Shown: in pieces, positions 1-8,791 of the stretch
Numbering within the stretch: position 1 is the stretch's first letter
Layout of the letters: every line of letters begins with the position of its first letter
Origin: Nitratireductor sp. XY-223
GTDB lineage: Bacteria > Pseudomonadota > Alphaproteobacteria > Rhizobiales > Rhizobiaceae
Reading direction: 5' to 3'
Assembly: GCF_004959855.1 (NCBI RefSeq)
Contig: NZ_SPNT01000009.1
Span: forward strand, 54,739-118,738
DNA: 64,000 bases
The notes under the pieces: model-generated
What the model saw: only the letters and a program-made list of their open reading frames with translations
The model's database searches: none
What the model was told of the DNA's origin: nothing
Made by a program: the position numbers and the translations under genes

Positions 1-157
1 ATGTATTGCTGCATTGCACAAAAGTCAAGGGATGAACAGAATTCCTTTCGCGACTGCAAAAATTTCCGGTTTGCGGCCGAAACGCTGGAAAATTCGGGCG
101 CAGTCGAATATCGGTGCGTGACGCTGACATGCCGCAACCGGTCCCTGGAAACCCGAA

Positions 158-931
158 ATGCACCCTGATCTCGATTTCTTGCATCTGCTGGCGGATGCCG
201 CCGCGAAAGAGACGCTGCCGCGCTTCCGCGCCAATACGACGGTGAGCAACAAGCTGCAGGGCGGATTTGACCCCGTGACCGAGGCGGACCGGGCTGCCGA
301 GGCCGCGATCCGTGACCTCATCGGCGATAAGTTTCCCGATCACGGGATCATGGGCGAGGAGTATGGCAGCGAGGGGCTCGACCGGGACTACCTGTGGGTC
401 ATCGACCCGATCGACGGCACCCGGGCCTTCATTTCGGGCCTGCCCGTCTGGGGAACGCTGATCGGCCTTTACCACCATGGCAGGGCCGTGGCGGGTTTGA
501 TGGATCAGCCCTTCACCGGCGAACGCTTCGTCGCCGATGAAAGCGGAACCTTTTATCGCGGGCCGGACGGCGAGCGGCAGATCCGGGCGCGCGATTGCGG
601 CGGGCTCGCCGGGGCGACACTGTTCACCACGTCGCCGCATCTCTTTTCACCGGCGGAATTCGAGCGCTACCGGTCCGTCGAGGAGAGGGTCAACATGTTT
701 CGCTACGGCTGCGACTGCTACGCCTACACGCTGGTGGCCGGCGGTCACGCGGATCTGGTGATCGAAAACAATCTCCAACCTTACGATATCGGCGCACTCA
801 TCGCGATCCTGGAATCGGCCGGCGCGGTGGTCACCGACTGGAGCGGCGGGCGGCCGGAACAGGGCGGCAATATCATCGCCGCGGGCAGCAAGGCCGTCCA
901 CGAGGAGGCGCTGGCGCTGCTCGGCGGATAG
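158..931 (+). CDS. hisN: Inositol monophosphatase family protein, probable histidinol-phosphatase (HisN type)
   Basis: 257 aa ORF with IMPase motifs (WVIDPIDGT, DP..D metal site) and the alphaproteobacterial HisN-like N-terminus; ATG at 158. Confidence 0.65.
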   Translation: MHPDLDFLHLLADAAAKETLPRFRANTTVSNKLQGGFDPVTEADRAAEAAIRDLIGDKFPDHGIMGEEYGSEGLDRDYLWVIDPIDGTRAFISGLPVWGTLIGLYHHGRAVAGLMDQPFTGERFVADESGTFYRGPDGERQIRARDCGGLAGATLFTTSPHLFSPAEFERYRSVEERVNMFRYGCDCYAYTLVAGGHADLVIENNLQPYDIGALIAILESAGAVVTDWSGGRPEQGGNIIAAGSKAVHEEALALLGG

Positions 932-940
932 GACAAGTCG

Positions 941-1585
941 CTATTCGGTTTCGCCCGAGCGGTACTGCAGGGCAAAGCGCACCAGGCTGTTCGGCCCGGC
1001 GAGCCCCAGCTTCTGATTGATGCGCTGGCGGTGGGTCTGCACCGTGCGGTAACTGAGATTGAGCCTCTTGCCAATCTCCCTGCTGGTCAGCGACTGTCCA
1101 ACAAGGTCGAATACGCGGCGCTCCGCCGGGGTCAGGGAACCGACGTCCGGGCCGTCACCCCGCGCTTCGGACGTCGGATCGGGGACCGGCAGGCCCTTGC
1201 CGCCGACGGATGCGCTCAGGTAGAAGACGCCCTTCGGTGTGAGCAGCGCGTTGTGAATCTCGTCGGACGCATCTTCCTTGGCGACGAATGCGCGCGCCCC
1301 AAGTTCCCGGGCTTTCGTCGCGAAGGCGCGGGACGAGTGCATCGATATGATGACGGCGATGAGGGACGGCATGTTGTCCCGTGCCCATTCCAGGACCTGA
1401 TATCCGTCGACACCCGGCATCGCCAGGTCGAGCACGACGACGTCCGGCCGGGTGATCTCGAGGCTGGTGATGCAGGAATTGCCGTCGCTGGCCTCGGCCA
1501 CGACCTCGTGCCCGTCCTCCTCGACGATGCGGCGCAGGCCGGCGCGGAATATCGGGTGGTCATCGGCAATCACGACGCGCTTCAT
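941..1585 (-). CDS. Two-component response regulator, NarL/FixJ (LuxR HTH) family
   Basis: N-terminal REC domain (VIADDHP...VVLDLAMPGVDG) and C-terminal LuxR-type HTH (LTPAERRVFDLVGQSLTSREIGKRLNLSYRTVQTHR); overlaps the upstream kinase stop by a few nt, so an operon. Confidence 0.85.
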   Translation of the reverse strand: MKRVVIADDHPIFRAGLRRIVEEDGHEVVAEASDGNSCITSLEITRPDVVVLDLAMPGVDGYQVLEWARDNMPSLIAVIISMHSSRAFATKARELGARAFVAKEDASDEIHNALLTPKGVFYLSASVGGKGLPVPDPTSEARGDGPDVGSLTPAERRVFDLVGQSLTSREIGKRLNLSYRTVQTHRQRINQKLGLAGPNSLVRFALQYRSGETE

Positions 1586-1586
1586 C

Positions 1587-3500
1587 TCAGCCGGTCCCCG
1601 TTTGCGCCGGCAACCGCACCGGAAAGCTGAAACTGACCTGCGAGCCGGCAGCGTCGGTCCGCATCGTCCATTCGCCGTTCAGGGTCGAGATACGCTGATC
1701 GATAATCAGGTGCCCCAATGACGCCTGACCGTCCTCGGCCCCCGGGCCCTGGCCTGTGCCGTGGCCGTCGTCGCTGATTTCGGCGCAGAGGCGGCCGGCG
1801 CGACTGTAGAAATGCGCCTCGCACGTCCTCGCCCCGGAGTGTTTGGCGATGTTTGAAACCACCTCTTGCGTCACGCGGTAAAGATGCAGCTTCTGCAGGT
1901 CGTCCAGCACATCCTCGGAAACGTCGAGGTCGAGCTCGACCACAATGCCGGTGGTGTCCTCAAGAGTGTTGAACAACTCCTCGATGGCATTGCGCCAGCC
2001 GAGGTGGTCGACGATCGCCGGATGGAGATCGTGCGAGATACGGCGAATGTCGCCGACGACGCCCCTGGAATAGTCGGCCGCCTTCCTGATTTCGGCCTCC
2101 TGCGAGTTGGTCAGGTTTTCGTGGCGCAGGAAGCGGCTCAGCCGGGCGGTGATCGCAAGCAGTCCCTGACCGGCCGTGTCGTGCAGGTCGGCCGCAACGC
2201 GGCGGCGCTCGCCGTCGATCGTCTCGAGCATCTTCCGGTTGACGCCCTTTTGCAGGCGCTCGAGCGCTCCGGCCGAGCGCAGCGCGTCGTTCTCCGCCAG
2301 CCGGATGCGATAGGCGAGAACGAGGGACAGCAACAGCGCATCGAGAAAAATGATGATCTCGAGATAGTGGTCGGACGGTATCAGGTACTTGATCGGCGAG
2401 AGCTGCGAGTCGAGCAGCACCTGCGAGTTCTTGGGAAGCACGATCAGGATCGCCGCCGGGAGCGTGACCAGCAGCAGCGTCGGCAGCAGGACGCGGGCGG
2501 CGCGATGGCCCTGGTAGGCCAGAATGGCCGAGATGACCAGGAAGCCGAGCACACTGAAGCCGACGAAGGCGGTCAGGACGACACGCGCGACCCATGGCGG
2601 AAAAATCAGGAAGACACCACAGACCGGCAGGATCAGCAGCGTCGGGGCGAGGGTGAGGCGAACCAGAAGGGGCTGCCTGCCCTGCGGCCCCTTGAGGAAG
2701 GAATAAAGGACCAGGCCGATAAAGAAGACACCGCAGACCATGCCGAAGTCGAACAGCAAATTCGACACCTCCGGCCAGGCGCCCCACACATAGGCCGGGC
2801 CGACGCCGGTGTAGTAGAGATTGCCGATTAATAGCGCCAGGACGGAGGCTGAATAGAAGACGAAGACCGCCTTGCGGATCAAAATGCCGAGCGACAGGTT
2901 GAACAGGATGATGATGCTGCTGGCGCCGATGACAAAGGCATGTATGAGCATGGCGCCGCGTTCGCGCTGCTCGAACAGGTGACCGTCCAGCAGCCTCGGA
3001 TGGATGGCCAGGGACCGCTCCTGGGCGATGCGTACGAAGATGTCCTTGCCGAGATCGTGCCCGGTGATCATGAAGGCGCTGTGGGTGGCCAGCATGTCGC
3101 GCTCGGGCGCGGCTATCTGGTCGCCGGAGCGGCTGATACGCGTTACCTTGCCGCTTTCCGGATCGCGGGCGTAAAGCGTGAGATCGTCGGCGATCAGGCC
3201 GAAATCGAGGACACCGGGGCCGGGCAGGGGTTCGAGCCGGATCCAGTTGACCGGGCGGCCGAGCGTTGTTGAAAAGCCGGTGATCTGTTCCACGCCGAAC
3301 CGTTCGGCAAGCGCGCCGCAGCAAACATCGTCCAGGGTCGCCGATACCGGCGCATCCGGCAGCAATGTGAAGCGGACCGGACTTCCGACGGTGTTTTCTG
3401 CGGCGATGGCAAGTCCCTGCGCAACCAACAGAAACAACATGGCGAGAAGCCCGCTTCGCAAACAAGTACTCAGCCGATCCCGTAAATGAAACACGTGCAT
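1587..3500 (-). CDS. Sensor histidine kinase with 7TMR-DISM extracellular and 7-TM domains (HisKA_3/HATPase)
   Basis: 637 aa: signal peptide, periplasmic domain, seven hydrophobic helices, then H-box (AADLHDTAGQGL) and ATPase region; immediately upstream of the LuxR-type regulator. Confidence 0.8.
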   Translation of the reverse strand: MHVFHLRDRLSTCLRSGLLAMLFLLVAQGLAIAAENTVGSPVRFTLLPDAPVSATLDDVCCGALAERFGVEQITGFSTTLGRPVNWIRLEPLPGPGVLDFGLIADDLTLYARDPESGKVTRISRSGDQIAAPERDMLATHSAFMITGHDLGKDIFVRIAQERSLAIHPRLLDGHLFEQRERGAMLIHAFVIGASSIIILFNLSLGILIRKAVFVFYSASVLALLIGNLYYTGVGPAYVWGAWPEVSNLLFDFGMVCGVFFIGLVLYSFLKGPQGRQPLLVRLTLAPTLLILPVCGVFLIFPPWVARVVLTAFVGFSVLGFLVISAILAYQGHRAARVLLPTLLLVTLPAAILIVLPKNSQVLLDSQLSPIKYLIPSDHYLEIIIFLDALLLSLVLAYRIRLAENDALRSAGALERLQKGVNRKMLETIDGERRRVAADLHDTAGQGLLAITARLSRFLRHENLTNSQEAEIRKAADYSRGVVGDIRRISHDLHPAIVDHLGWRNAIEELFNTLEDTTGIVVELDLDVSEDVLDDLQKLHLYRVTQEVVSNIAKHSGARTCEAHFYSRAGRLCAEISDDGHGTGQGPGAEDGQASLGHLIIDQRISTLNGEWTMRTDAAGSQVSFSFPVRLPAQTGTG

Positions 3501-3555
3501 TCAATCACTATCATTCAGGTATTGTTACCCTAACACAGCCATTCCGCGACGGAAC

Positions 3556-3593
3556 TACGCATCGGTGCGTACAAAAATACGAACGGATGCGTA
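3556..3593. promoter_or_regulatory. Candidate response-regulator operator: perfect 7-2-7 inverted repeat TACGCAT-cg-GTGCGTA (3556-3571) plus degenerate second 7-2-7 site TACGAAC-gg-ATGCGTA (3578-3593)
   Basis: Read directly from sequence. The heptamer and 7-2-7 arrangement match NarL/FixJ-family operator architecture. Site centres are 22 bp apart. Lies in the divergent intergenic region between the kinase operon and the secreted-protein gene. Confidence 0.45.
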
Positions 3594-3743
3594 TGGCAAA
3601 GCGCGAACTGCCTGAAGATATTTCAAGACAGCACCAGGTTTGGCGGGCGGTTGAAACCGGAGGGGCCAGCCGTGATGCGCGGCCGTCAAATCCTTCCGGG
3701 CCGGCACGCCAGGCACGTTGTCGTCCAAAGGAGGCAGAGCATC

Positions 3744-4106
3744 ATGTGCATTTCAGTTGTCCGCAGAACCGCCGTCGTCGCCGCCTCGGCGATCCTGATC
3801 TCGACCGCTCTTGCGGGAACGGCCCATTCGGGAACCTGCACCATCCTGCAGAAACCCTACAGCACCGCCCAGTATGCGGCCGACAGTTGCTACAATTACG
3901 AGTTCGACTACGTCTATTCCAGCGGTCCGACCAGCGCCGCCGTTCCCTGGGGCTGGTCGAGCGTCAAACTGTGGCAGTCCAATTCCCCCTCCCAGTGCGC
4001 GGCCCTTTCCGCCGATTTCGGGCTGAAGCGCGCGCTCTACGAAGGCAGCCGGCACCTGTGCTGGCACCTTTATCTCAACGGGGCCTACAACCGCTCGAGC
4101 CAGTAA
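3744..4106 (+). CDS. Small secreted cysteine-containing protein (hypothetical), 120 aa
   Basis: Internal ATG at 3744 preceded by AAGGAGG at good spacing; N-terminal signal peptide (RRTAVVAASAILISTALAGTAHS); mature part has 4 Cys; no recognisable family. Confidence 0.6.
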   Translation: MCISVVRRTAVVAASAILISTALAGTAHSGTCTILQKPYSTAQYAADSCYNYEFDYVYSSGPTSAAVPWGWSSVKLWQSNSPSQCAALSADFGLKRALYEGSRHLCWHLYLNGAYNRSSQ

Positions 4107-4198
4107 CGCTTTCAACGATGCGCACCGTTGCGCACCGGACCTGCCGCCGGCGGCCATGCGCCCGTCCGCCGACAATCTGTTCCTGAGGGAGAATCGTC

Positions 4199-4531
4199 AT
4201 GGGATATAAATCGACATTTGCCGCGGTCTTGATGGCCCTGTCCGTTGCTTCATACAGCCCCGCCCTTTCCCAGGCCGGGACGGGCGAACCGATCAGGCTG
4301 GCCCAGGCCACTTACGTGTATTCGTGCGTCGAATATTCAAATCCGCGACAGTTCTTCCTGGTCTACGCGTCATCGCGGGGCGGCTTCCGAACATGCGAAC
4401 TGGTCGGCTTCAGCCTGGCGGAGGCGTATGGGCGGGTCTGCTACTACCTGTCCGCAGGTACGTCGGCGCCCTCGCAATGGCCGCAATATGGCGGCGTGTC
4501 CATGTTCGGCATCGCCATACCGTTGTGCTGA
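4199..4531 (+). CDS. Small secreted cysteine-containing protein (hypothetical), 110 aa
   Basis: SD GAGGGAG before the ATG; signal peptide (STFAAVLMALSVASYSPALSQA); 4 Cys in mature region including a C-terminal Cys; same strand and immediately downstream of the previous small gene. Confidence 0.55.
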   Translation: MGYKSTFAAVLMALSVASYSPALSQAGTGEPIRLAQATYVYSCVEYSNPRQFFLVYASSRGGFRTCELVGFSLAEAYGRVCYYLSAGTSAPSQWPQYGGVSMFGIAIPLC

Positions 4532-4687
4532 GCCGTTTGCCTCGGCCGGCGCGGGATCAAGCGGTCGCGCCTCTGTGATCCTTCCCGCCGGTCATCTTCC
4601 GCCCACGGACGAACGCCCCGCGCCGCCAGGCCCGGAGTGACCGTGGGCGGAGATCGTATCACGGTCGTGTCGGCAGCTTGTGCAGCC

Positions 4688-5650
4688 TCACAACTCGCCC
4701 GGCAGGAACGCCTTGATGCCGGCGAGCAGCTGTTCGCGGTAGATGTCGGCCTCCTGGAACATCTCGTGCCTGGCGTGATCGATGGTGATCAGTTCGCTGG
4801 CGCGGAAATGCGAGGCGATGTCCTCGATCGCCTCGATCGGCACGATGGAATCGGCGCCGGCGCCGAAGATCAGCGTCGGGATGCGGATCGACGCGAGGTG
4901 GGCGGGATCGTGCACGCGCTTGATAGTGCGGAAGGATTCGGCCAGCCAGCGGAAGGTCGGTCCGCCGAGTATGAACTGCGGGCACACGTCATAGATGGCG
5001 CGGTTGCGGTCGAACCGCGCGCGGTCAGAGGTCAGTTCGTTGTCGTGGAAGGCAAGGTTCGTGCGGGTCGATCCCGTCGGCGCCATGCGGCCGAAACCGA
5101 AACGGCTGGCGGCGCCGACGACGAACCGCATCGTTGCCAGCTCGAACCGGCTTCCATGCATGCCGACGAAGGGTGCGGAAACGACCATGCGTTCGACCCG
5201 GTTGGCCAGTCGCGGCGCTGTGGCGAGCGCGATCAGCCCGCCGGTCGAGTGGCCGAGGATGAAGAACGGCAGGCGCGCATCGGGCAGGACGATGTTTTCC
5301 AGAAAGAACTCCAGGTCGTCCTGGTAATCGGAGAAACGCCGCACATGGCCGGCGATCGAATCGTCGAGCAGCCGTTCCGACCCGCCCTGGCCGCGCCAGT
5401 CGAAGGTGGCGACCCAAAGCCCGGCCTCGGTCAGGTCGCGGGCCGTCTCGTAGTATTTCTCGATGGTCTCGTTGCGGCCCTGGAGCAGCACCACGGTGCC
5501 GGTGGCGCGGGTCACGGTCGAACGGAAGATCGCATAGCGCAGCGTTCTTTTATCGCGCGTCTCGAAATAGCCGGTAATGGCGTTTTCCGGTGCCGGGTTG
5601 CCGGGCGTGTCGTAAATCACGCTGGCGGGTTTGGGCGCAGTGGTGTCCAT
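4688..5650 (-). CDS. Alpha/beta hydrolase (lysophospholipase-like)
   Basis: 320 aa with GHSTGG nucleophile elbow, HGxxE-like region and overall lysophospholipase L2-like organisation. Confidence 0.75.
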   Translation of the reverse strand: MDTTAPKPASVIYDTPGNPAPENAITGYFETRDKRTLRYAIFRSTVTRATGTVVLLQGRNETIEKYYETARDLTEAGLWVATFDWRGQGGSERLLDDSIAGHVRRFSDYQDDLEFFLENIVLPDARLPFFILGHSTGGLIALATAPRLANRVERMVVSAPFVGMHGSRFELATMRFVVGAASRFGFGRMAPTGSTRTNLAFHDNELTSDRARFDRNRAIYDVCPQFILGGPTFRWLAESFRTIKRVHDPAHLASIRIPTLIFGAGADSIVPIEAIEDIASHFRASELITIDHARHEMFQEADIYREQLLAGIKAFLPGEL

Positions 5651-5731
5651 GCTTCTATAGAGCCTGCCGGGCCGCGCCGATCAAGGTTCAATCGCCTGAA
5701 AAACAGGGAGAAGCCGTGCCGCCCGGGAAAT

Positions 5732-5762
5732 CTTGAAACGGTGCCGTTCAGTTCCCACCTAT
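5732..5762 (+). promoter_or_regulatory. Sigma-32 (RpoH)-type heat-shock promoter: CTTGAA-N16-CCCACCTAT
   Basis: -35 CTTGAA at 5732-5737 and -10 CCCACCTAT at 5754-5762, about 100 nt upstream of the hsp20 start; fits the CTTGAA-N13-17-CCCCATnT consensus. Confidence 0.5.
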
Positions 5763-5864
5763 AGCGGGCAGGCGCCAGAACGGGCCTGCTGGCCGGATAC
5801 CCGCCGCTCGGTCGGGGGTTTTCCCGGTTACAACCAAATCTGTCGCTCAATGGAGGACAAGACC

Positions 5865-6338
5865 ATGCGTCATGTCGATTTTTCACCCCTTTATCGCTCC
5901 ACCGTCGGATTCGACCGCCTGTTCACGATGCTTGACAGCCTCGCACAGCCGGATCAGAGCCAGACCTACCCGCCCTACAACATCGAAAGAACCGGGGAAA
6001 ATTCCTACCGGATCACCATGGCCGTTGCCGGCTTCGGTGATGACGATCTTTCGGTCGAGGCACGCGAACACGTGCTGACCGTCAAGGGCGAGAAGGCCGA
6101 CGAAAACGGCAAGGATGAAAGCGAATTCCTTTACCGCGGAATCGCAAAGCGCACGTTCGAGCGCCGCTTCCAGCTTGCCGAATATGTTGAGGTCAAGGGT
6201 GCCAAGCTCGAAAACGGGCTTCTCCACGTCGATCTCGTCCGCGAAATCCCCGAGGCCATGAAGCCGCGCCGGATCGCCATCTCGGTCGACAATTCCGCTG
6301 AAGCAACCAAGCAGATCGAAGCCGAAACGGTCGCCTGA
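5865..6338 (+). CDS. ibpA: Small heat shock protein, Hsp20/IbpA family
   Basis: Starting at MRHVDFSPLYRSTVGFDRLF the product aligns essentially end-to-end with E. coli IbpA (PYNIE, AVAGF, GLLHVDL, EAMKPRRI); GGAGG sits before the ATG at 5865. Confidence 0.85.
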   Translation: MRHVDFSPLYRSTVGFDRLFTMLDSLAQPDQSQTYPPYNIERTGENSYRITMAVAGFGDDDLSVEAREHVLTVKGEKADENGKDESEFLYRGIAKRTFERRFQLAEYVEVKGAKLENGLLHVDLVREIPEAMKPRRIAISVDNSAEATKQIEAETVA

Positions 6339-6360
6339 CCGTCAGGCTGATCCACAGCAA

Positions 6361-6390
6361 AACGGCGCCTTTCGGGGCGCCGTTTTCACG
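6361..6390. terminator. Intrinsic terminator hairpin (AACGGCGCC-tttcg-GGGCGCCGTTTT), likely bidirectional between hsp20 (+) and DoxX (-)
   Basis: GC-rich perfect stem followed by a short T-run, placed between convergent genes. Confidence 0.5.
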
Positions 6391-6409
6391 TGTGCGCCAA
6401 GCGCAGGGC

Positions 6410-6979
6410 TCAGGCGTAAGCGACCCGGCCCGTCCACCAGCGGGAAAGGAGGGAATCCAAGGATACGGATCCCGGCCCCTTGACCACCACGTAAACGAGC
6501 GGAAAGACCCAGAACAGCCGCTGATCGATGATCTCGGACGGTTGACCGTTGAAAAGCGTGCCGAGATCGACCCCGTGGCCGGTGACGTCCACATAGGTCT
6601 GCACGAAGATGAAGGCGATCATGCCCGTTGCGCCGATGCGCGAGAACAGGCCGAGAATGACAAGGATCGGCAGGATGAACTCGCCATAGGTGCCGGCGAC
6701 GACCATGAGATGGGTGGTCAGCGGCAGACCGCTGGTCTCGTATCCGGCCGCCTCGAACGCCTTGCCGGCGATCTGGATATAGGCGCCGTCGGAAACCTCG
6801 AAAAACCCGATCAGGCCGTCGCCGACCTTTGTCTTGGCGGAGTTCAGGTAGTAGACGTAGAGCGTCGCGGCGAGGACGAAGCGCGAGAACAGTCCCAGAA
6901 ACCAGCCGTCCGTGGCGCGCTCGATCGCGCCGAATACGCCGTCGTGCAACCGGCGGACCAGATCTATCAGCGATGTCAT
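6410..6979 (-). CDS. DoxX family membrane protein (BufD-like)
   Basis: 189 aa polytopic membrane protein with DoxX-like helices; last gene of the DUF2282-DUF692-DUF2063-DoxX operon. Confidence 0.75.
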   Translation of the reverse strand: MTSLIDLVRRLHDGVFGAIERATDGWFLGLFSRFVLAATLYVYYLNSAKTKVGDGLIGFFEVSDGAYIQIAGKAFEAAGYETSGLPLTTHLMVVAGTYGEFILPILVILGLFSRIGATGMIAFIFVQTYVDVTGHGVDLGTLFNGQPSEIIDQRLFWVFPLVYVVVKGPGSVSLDSLLSRWWTGRVAYA

Positions 6980-6999
6980 TTCAAATTCCCACCTTTAAC

Positions 7000-7803
7000 T
7001 CAGTCACGGGTTGCAATAGCGGTGAAAGCGCCGGCCTCGAGCATTGCGCCAATGGCCGCCGCGAGATCGAAATCCTGGGTCACGGCGGTGGCGGCATCGG
7101 CCGCCTCGCCGAGTGTCCCGCCGTCGATGAGCGCCAGCAGGAATTCCGCGCCGCCCCCGGGCAGTGACCTTACCTCGACATCGAATTCCCGCCGGGTGAC
7201 CAGGCCGTCTTCGGCGTTGCCGGGATCGATTCCGGCCAGATCCGCGCCGGAGCGGTTGGCCGAGAAGATGGACACGGCGGCGAAACGCGACCGCAGGATT
7301 CGTGTCGCCGGGTGTGCAATAAAGCGCTGATCCGCCAGTTCCTCGGGAGCAATCGCCGCGAGCGCGGCTGAATCCAGCGGCGGCGCGTCGGCGGCGTGGA
7401 AAGCGTGCAGCCAGGCACGCTCCAGACGCGCCACGTCGGGCAGGTAGGCCAGCTCTCTCACCGGCTCGAAACGTTCCAGGAATTCAGCGAAATCCCCGCC
7501 GTATCGAAACAGCAGCGGCGATTGCGGCTGGCGTTCGCGCACGTAGCTGCGCGCCATGGCGCGAAAGAATTCGTCACCGACAAGCCGGTGAATGGCCGGG
7601 TAGATGTCGAAGAGCGCGCCGATCAGTCCGACCGTGACGTTGTTGCGATAGACATTATACCGCTTGTCCGCCTTCTTGCCGTTCGGACCGACAAGGCCCG
7701 CGGGCGTCGGCTGACCGGGATCCAGCAGGGCGCCCGAGAACCGGCCCAGCGTCACCGCCGATTCTGACTCTCCGGCATCGCCGATGTTATCCGGCCGCGG
7801 CAT
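7000..7803 (-). CDS. DUF2063 domain protein (BufC-like partner of the MNIO enzyme)
   Basis: Characteristic DUF2063 sequence (NVYRNNV, LRERFP..AYLPDVARLERAW). The start is uncertain: ATG at 7803 overlaps the DUF692 stop by ~16 nt, and the longer in-frame start at 7896 is the alternative. Confidence 0.7.
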   Translation of the reverse strand: MPRPDNIGDAGESESAVTLGRFSGALLDPGQPTPAGLVGPNGKKADKRYNVYRNNVTVGLIGALFDIYPAIHRLVGDEFFRAMARSYVRERQPQSPLLFRYGGDFAEFLERFEPVRELAYLPDVARLERAWLHAFHAADAPPLDSAALAAIAPEELADQRFIAHPATRILRSRFAAVSIFSANRSGADLAGIDPGNAEDGLVTRREFDVEVRSLPGGGAEFLLALIDGGTLGEAADAATAVTQDFDLAAAIGAMLEAGAFTAIATRD

Positions 7804-8710
7804 GGCGGCTCCCCAGCAGATAGTTCGCGGACCGTTTTTCCAGGATGCCTTCGGCGCGCAGCGCCTCGCGCCGCAGGACCGGCCATTCGGGAACATCGTT
7901 GTCCCATTCGATCAGTGTCGGAACCGGCCCCATCTGGCCGATGACGATGTCGTAGAGCTTCCACACCTCGTCATCGACGGGACGGTCGTGGGCGTCGATC
8001 AGCAGCGGATCGCCCTCGTCGTCGATATCGGTGGCATGGCCGGCAAGGTGTATCTCCTCGACCTTTTCCAGCGGGAACTGCGAGAGATAGGTCAGCGGCC
8101 TGTATTTCTGGTTGGTGGCGGAAACGAAGACATTGTTGATGTCGAGCAGCAGCCCGCAGCCCGTGCGCCGGGCGATCTCGGATATGAATTCGGTCTCGCT
8201 CATCGACGATTGCTCGAACTGCACGTAGGTCGACGGGTTTTCCAGGATGATCGTGCGGCCGAGCACATCCTGCACGCGCTCGATATGCGCGCACACGCGG
8301 TCGAGGGTTGCCCGGTCATAGGGGACCGGCAGCAGGTCGTTGTAGTAGCTCGTATCGTGGGTGGACCAGGCGAGATGCTCCGATACGAGGCCCGGTTCAT
8401 AGCGGTCGACAACGCGCTTGAGGCGCGCAATGTGTTCCTCGTCGAGGCCTTTTTCGCTGCCGATAGACAGGCCGACACCGTGAACGGAGAGCGGGAAATT
8501 CTGGCGAATCGCTGTCAGTGCCCTGTGCGGTGCGCCGCCGTCGCCCATATAGTTTTCGGCGTGCACTTCCAGAAAGCCGATGCGGTAGTCGTCCTGCAGA
8601 ATCTGGTCGATATGGGACGGCTTCAGACCGGCCCCGGCGCGTGCGGGAATGGTGCGGTCCGTGAAGTCCGCATTCGCGTTGCCGTCCCTCCAGGTGGGAA
8701 TGTCTGTCAT
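7787..8710 (-). CDS. DUF692 / MNIO (multinuclear non-heme iron oxidative) enzyme, BufB-like RiPP maturase
   Basis: 307 aa with DUF692/UPF0276 TIM-barrel features (GLKPSHIDQIL, FLEVHAENY, HGVGLSIGS, EHLAWS, LENPSTY); sits directly downstream of a Cys-rich precursor gene. Confidence 0.8.
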   Translation of the reverse strand: MTDIPTWRDGNANADFTDRTIPARAGAGLKPSHIDQILQDDYRIGFLEVHAENYMGDGGAPHRALTAIRQNFPLSVHGVGLSIGSEKGLDEEHIARLKRVVDRYEPGLVSEHLAWSTHDTSYYNDLLPVPYDRATLDRVCAHIERVQDVLGRTIILENPSTYVQFEQSSMSETEFISEIARRTGCGLLLDINNVFVSATNQKYRPLTYLSQFPLEKVEEIHLAGHATDIDDEGDPLLIDAHDRPVDDEVWKLYDIVIGQMGPVPTLIEWDNDVPEWPVLRREALRAEGILEKRSANYLLGSRHAAAG

Positions 8711-8791
8711 CGGATGTCCTGCGCCTTTACGCCCTTACGCATGAGACCGGCCGCCCGCAATTCCAGGCAGCCGGCCGGTATTCAGCCAGAA

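Noticed and set aside
1960-3504. 514-aa alternative-frame ORF inside the sensor kinase gene
   Set aside because: Same strand, different frame; Arg/Pro-rich low-complexity translation, whereas the 1587-3500 frame has kinase motifs and TM helices
4637-5764. 375-aa plus-strand ORF overlapping the alpha/beta hydrolase
   Set aside because: Antisense to a gene with clear catalytic motifs; no features of its own
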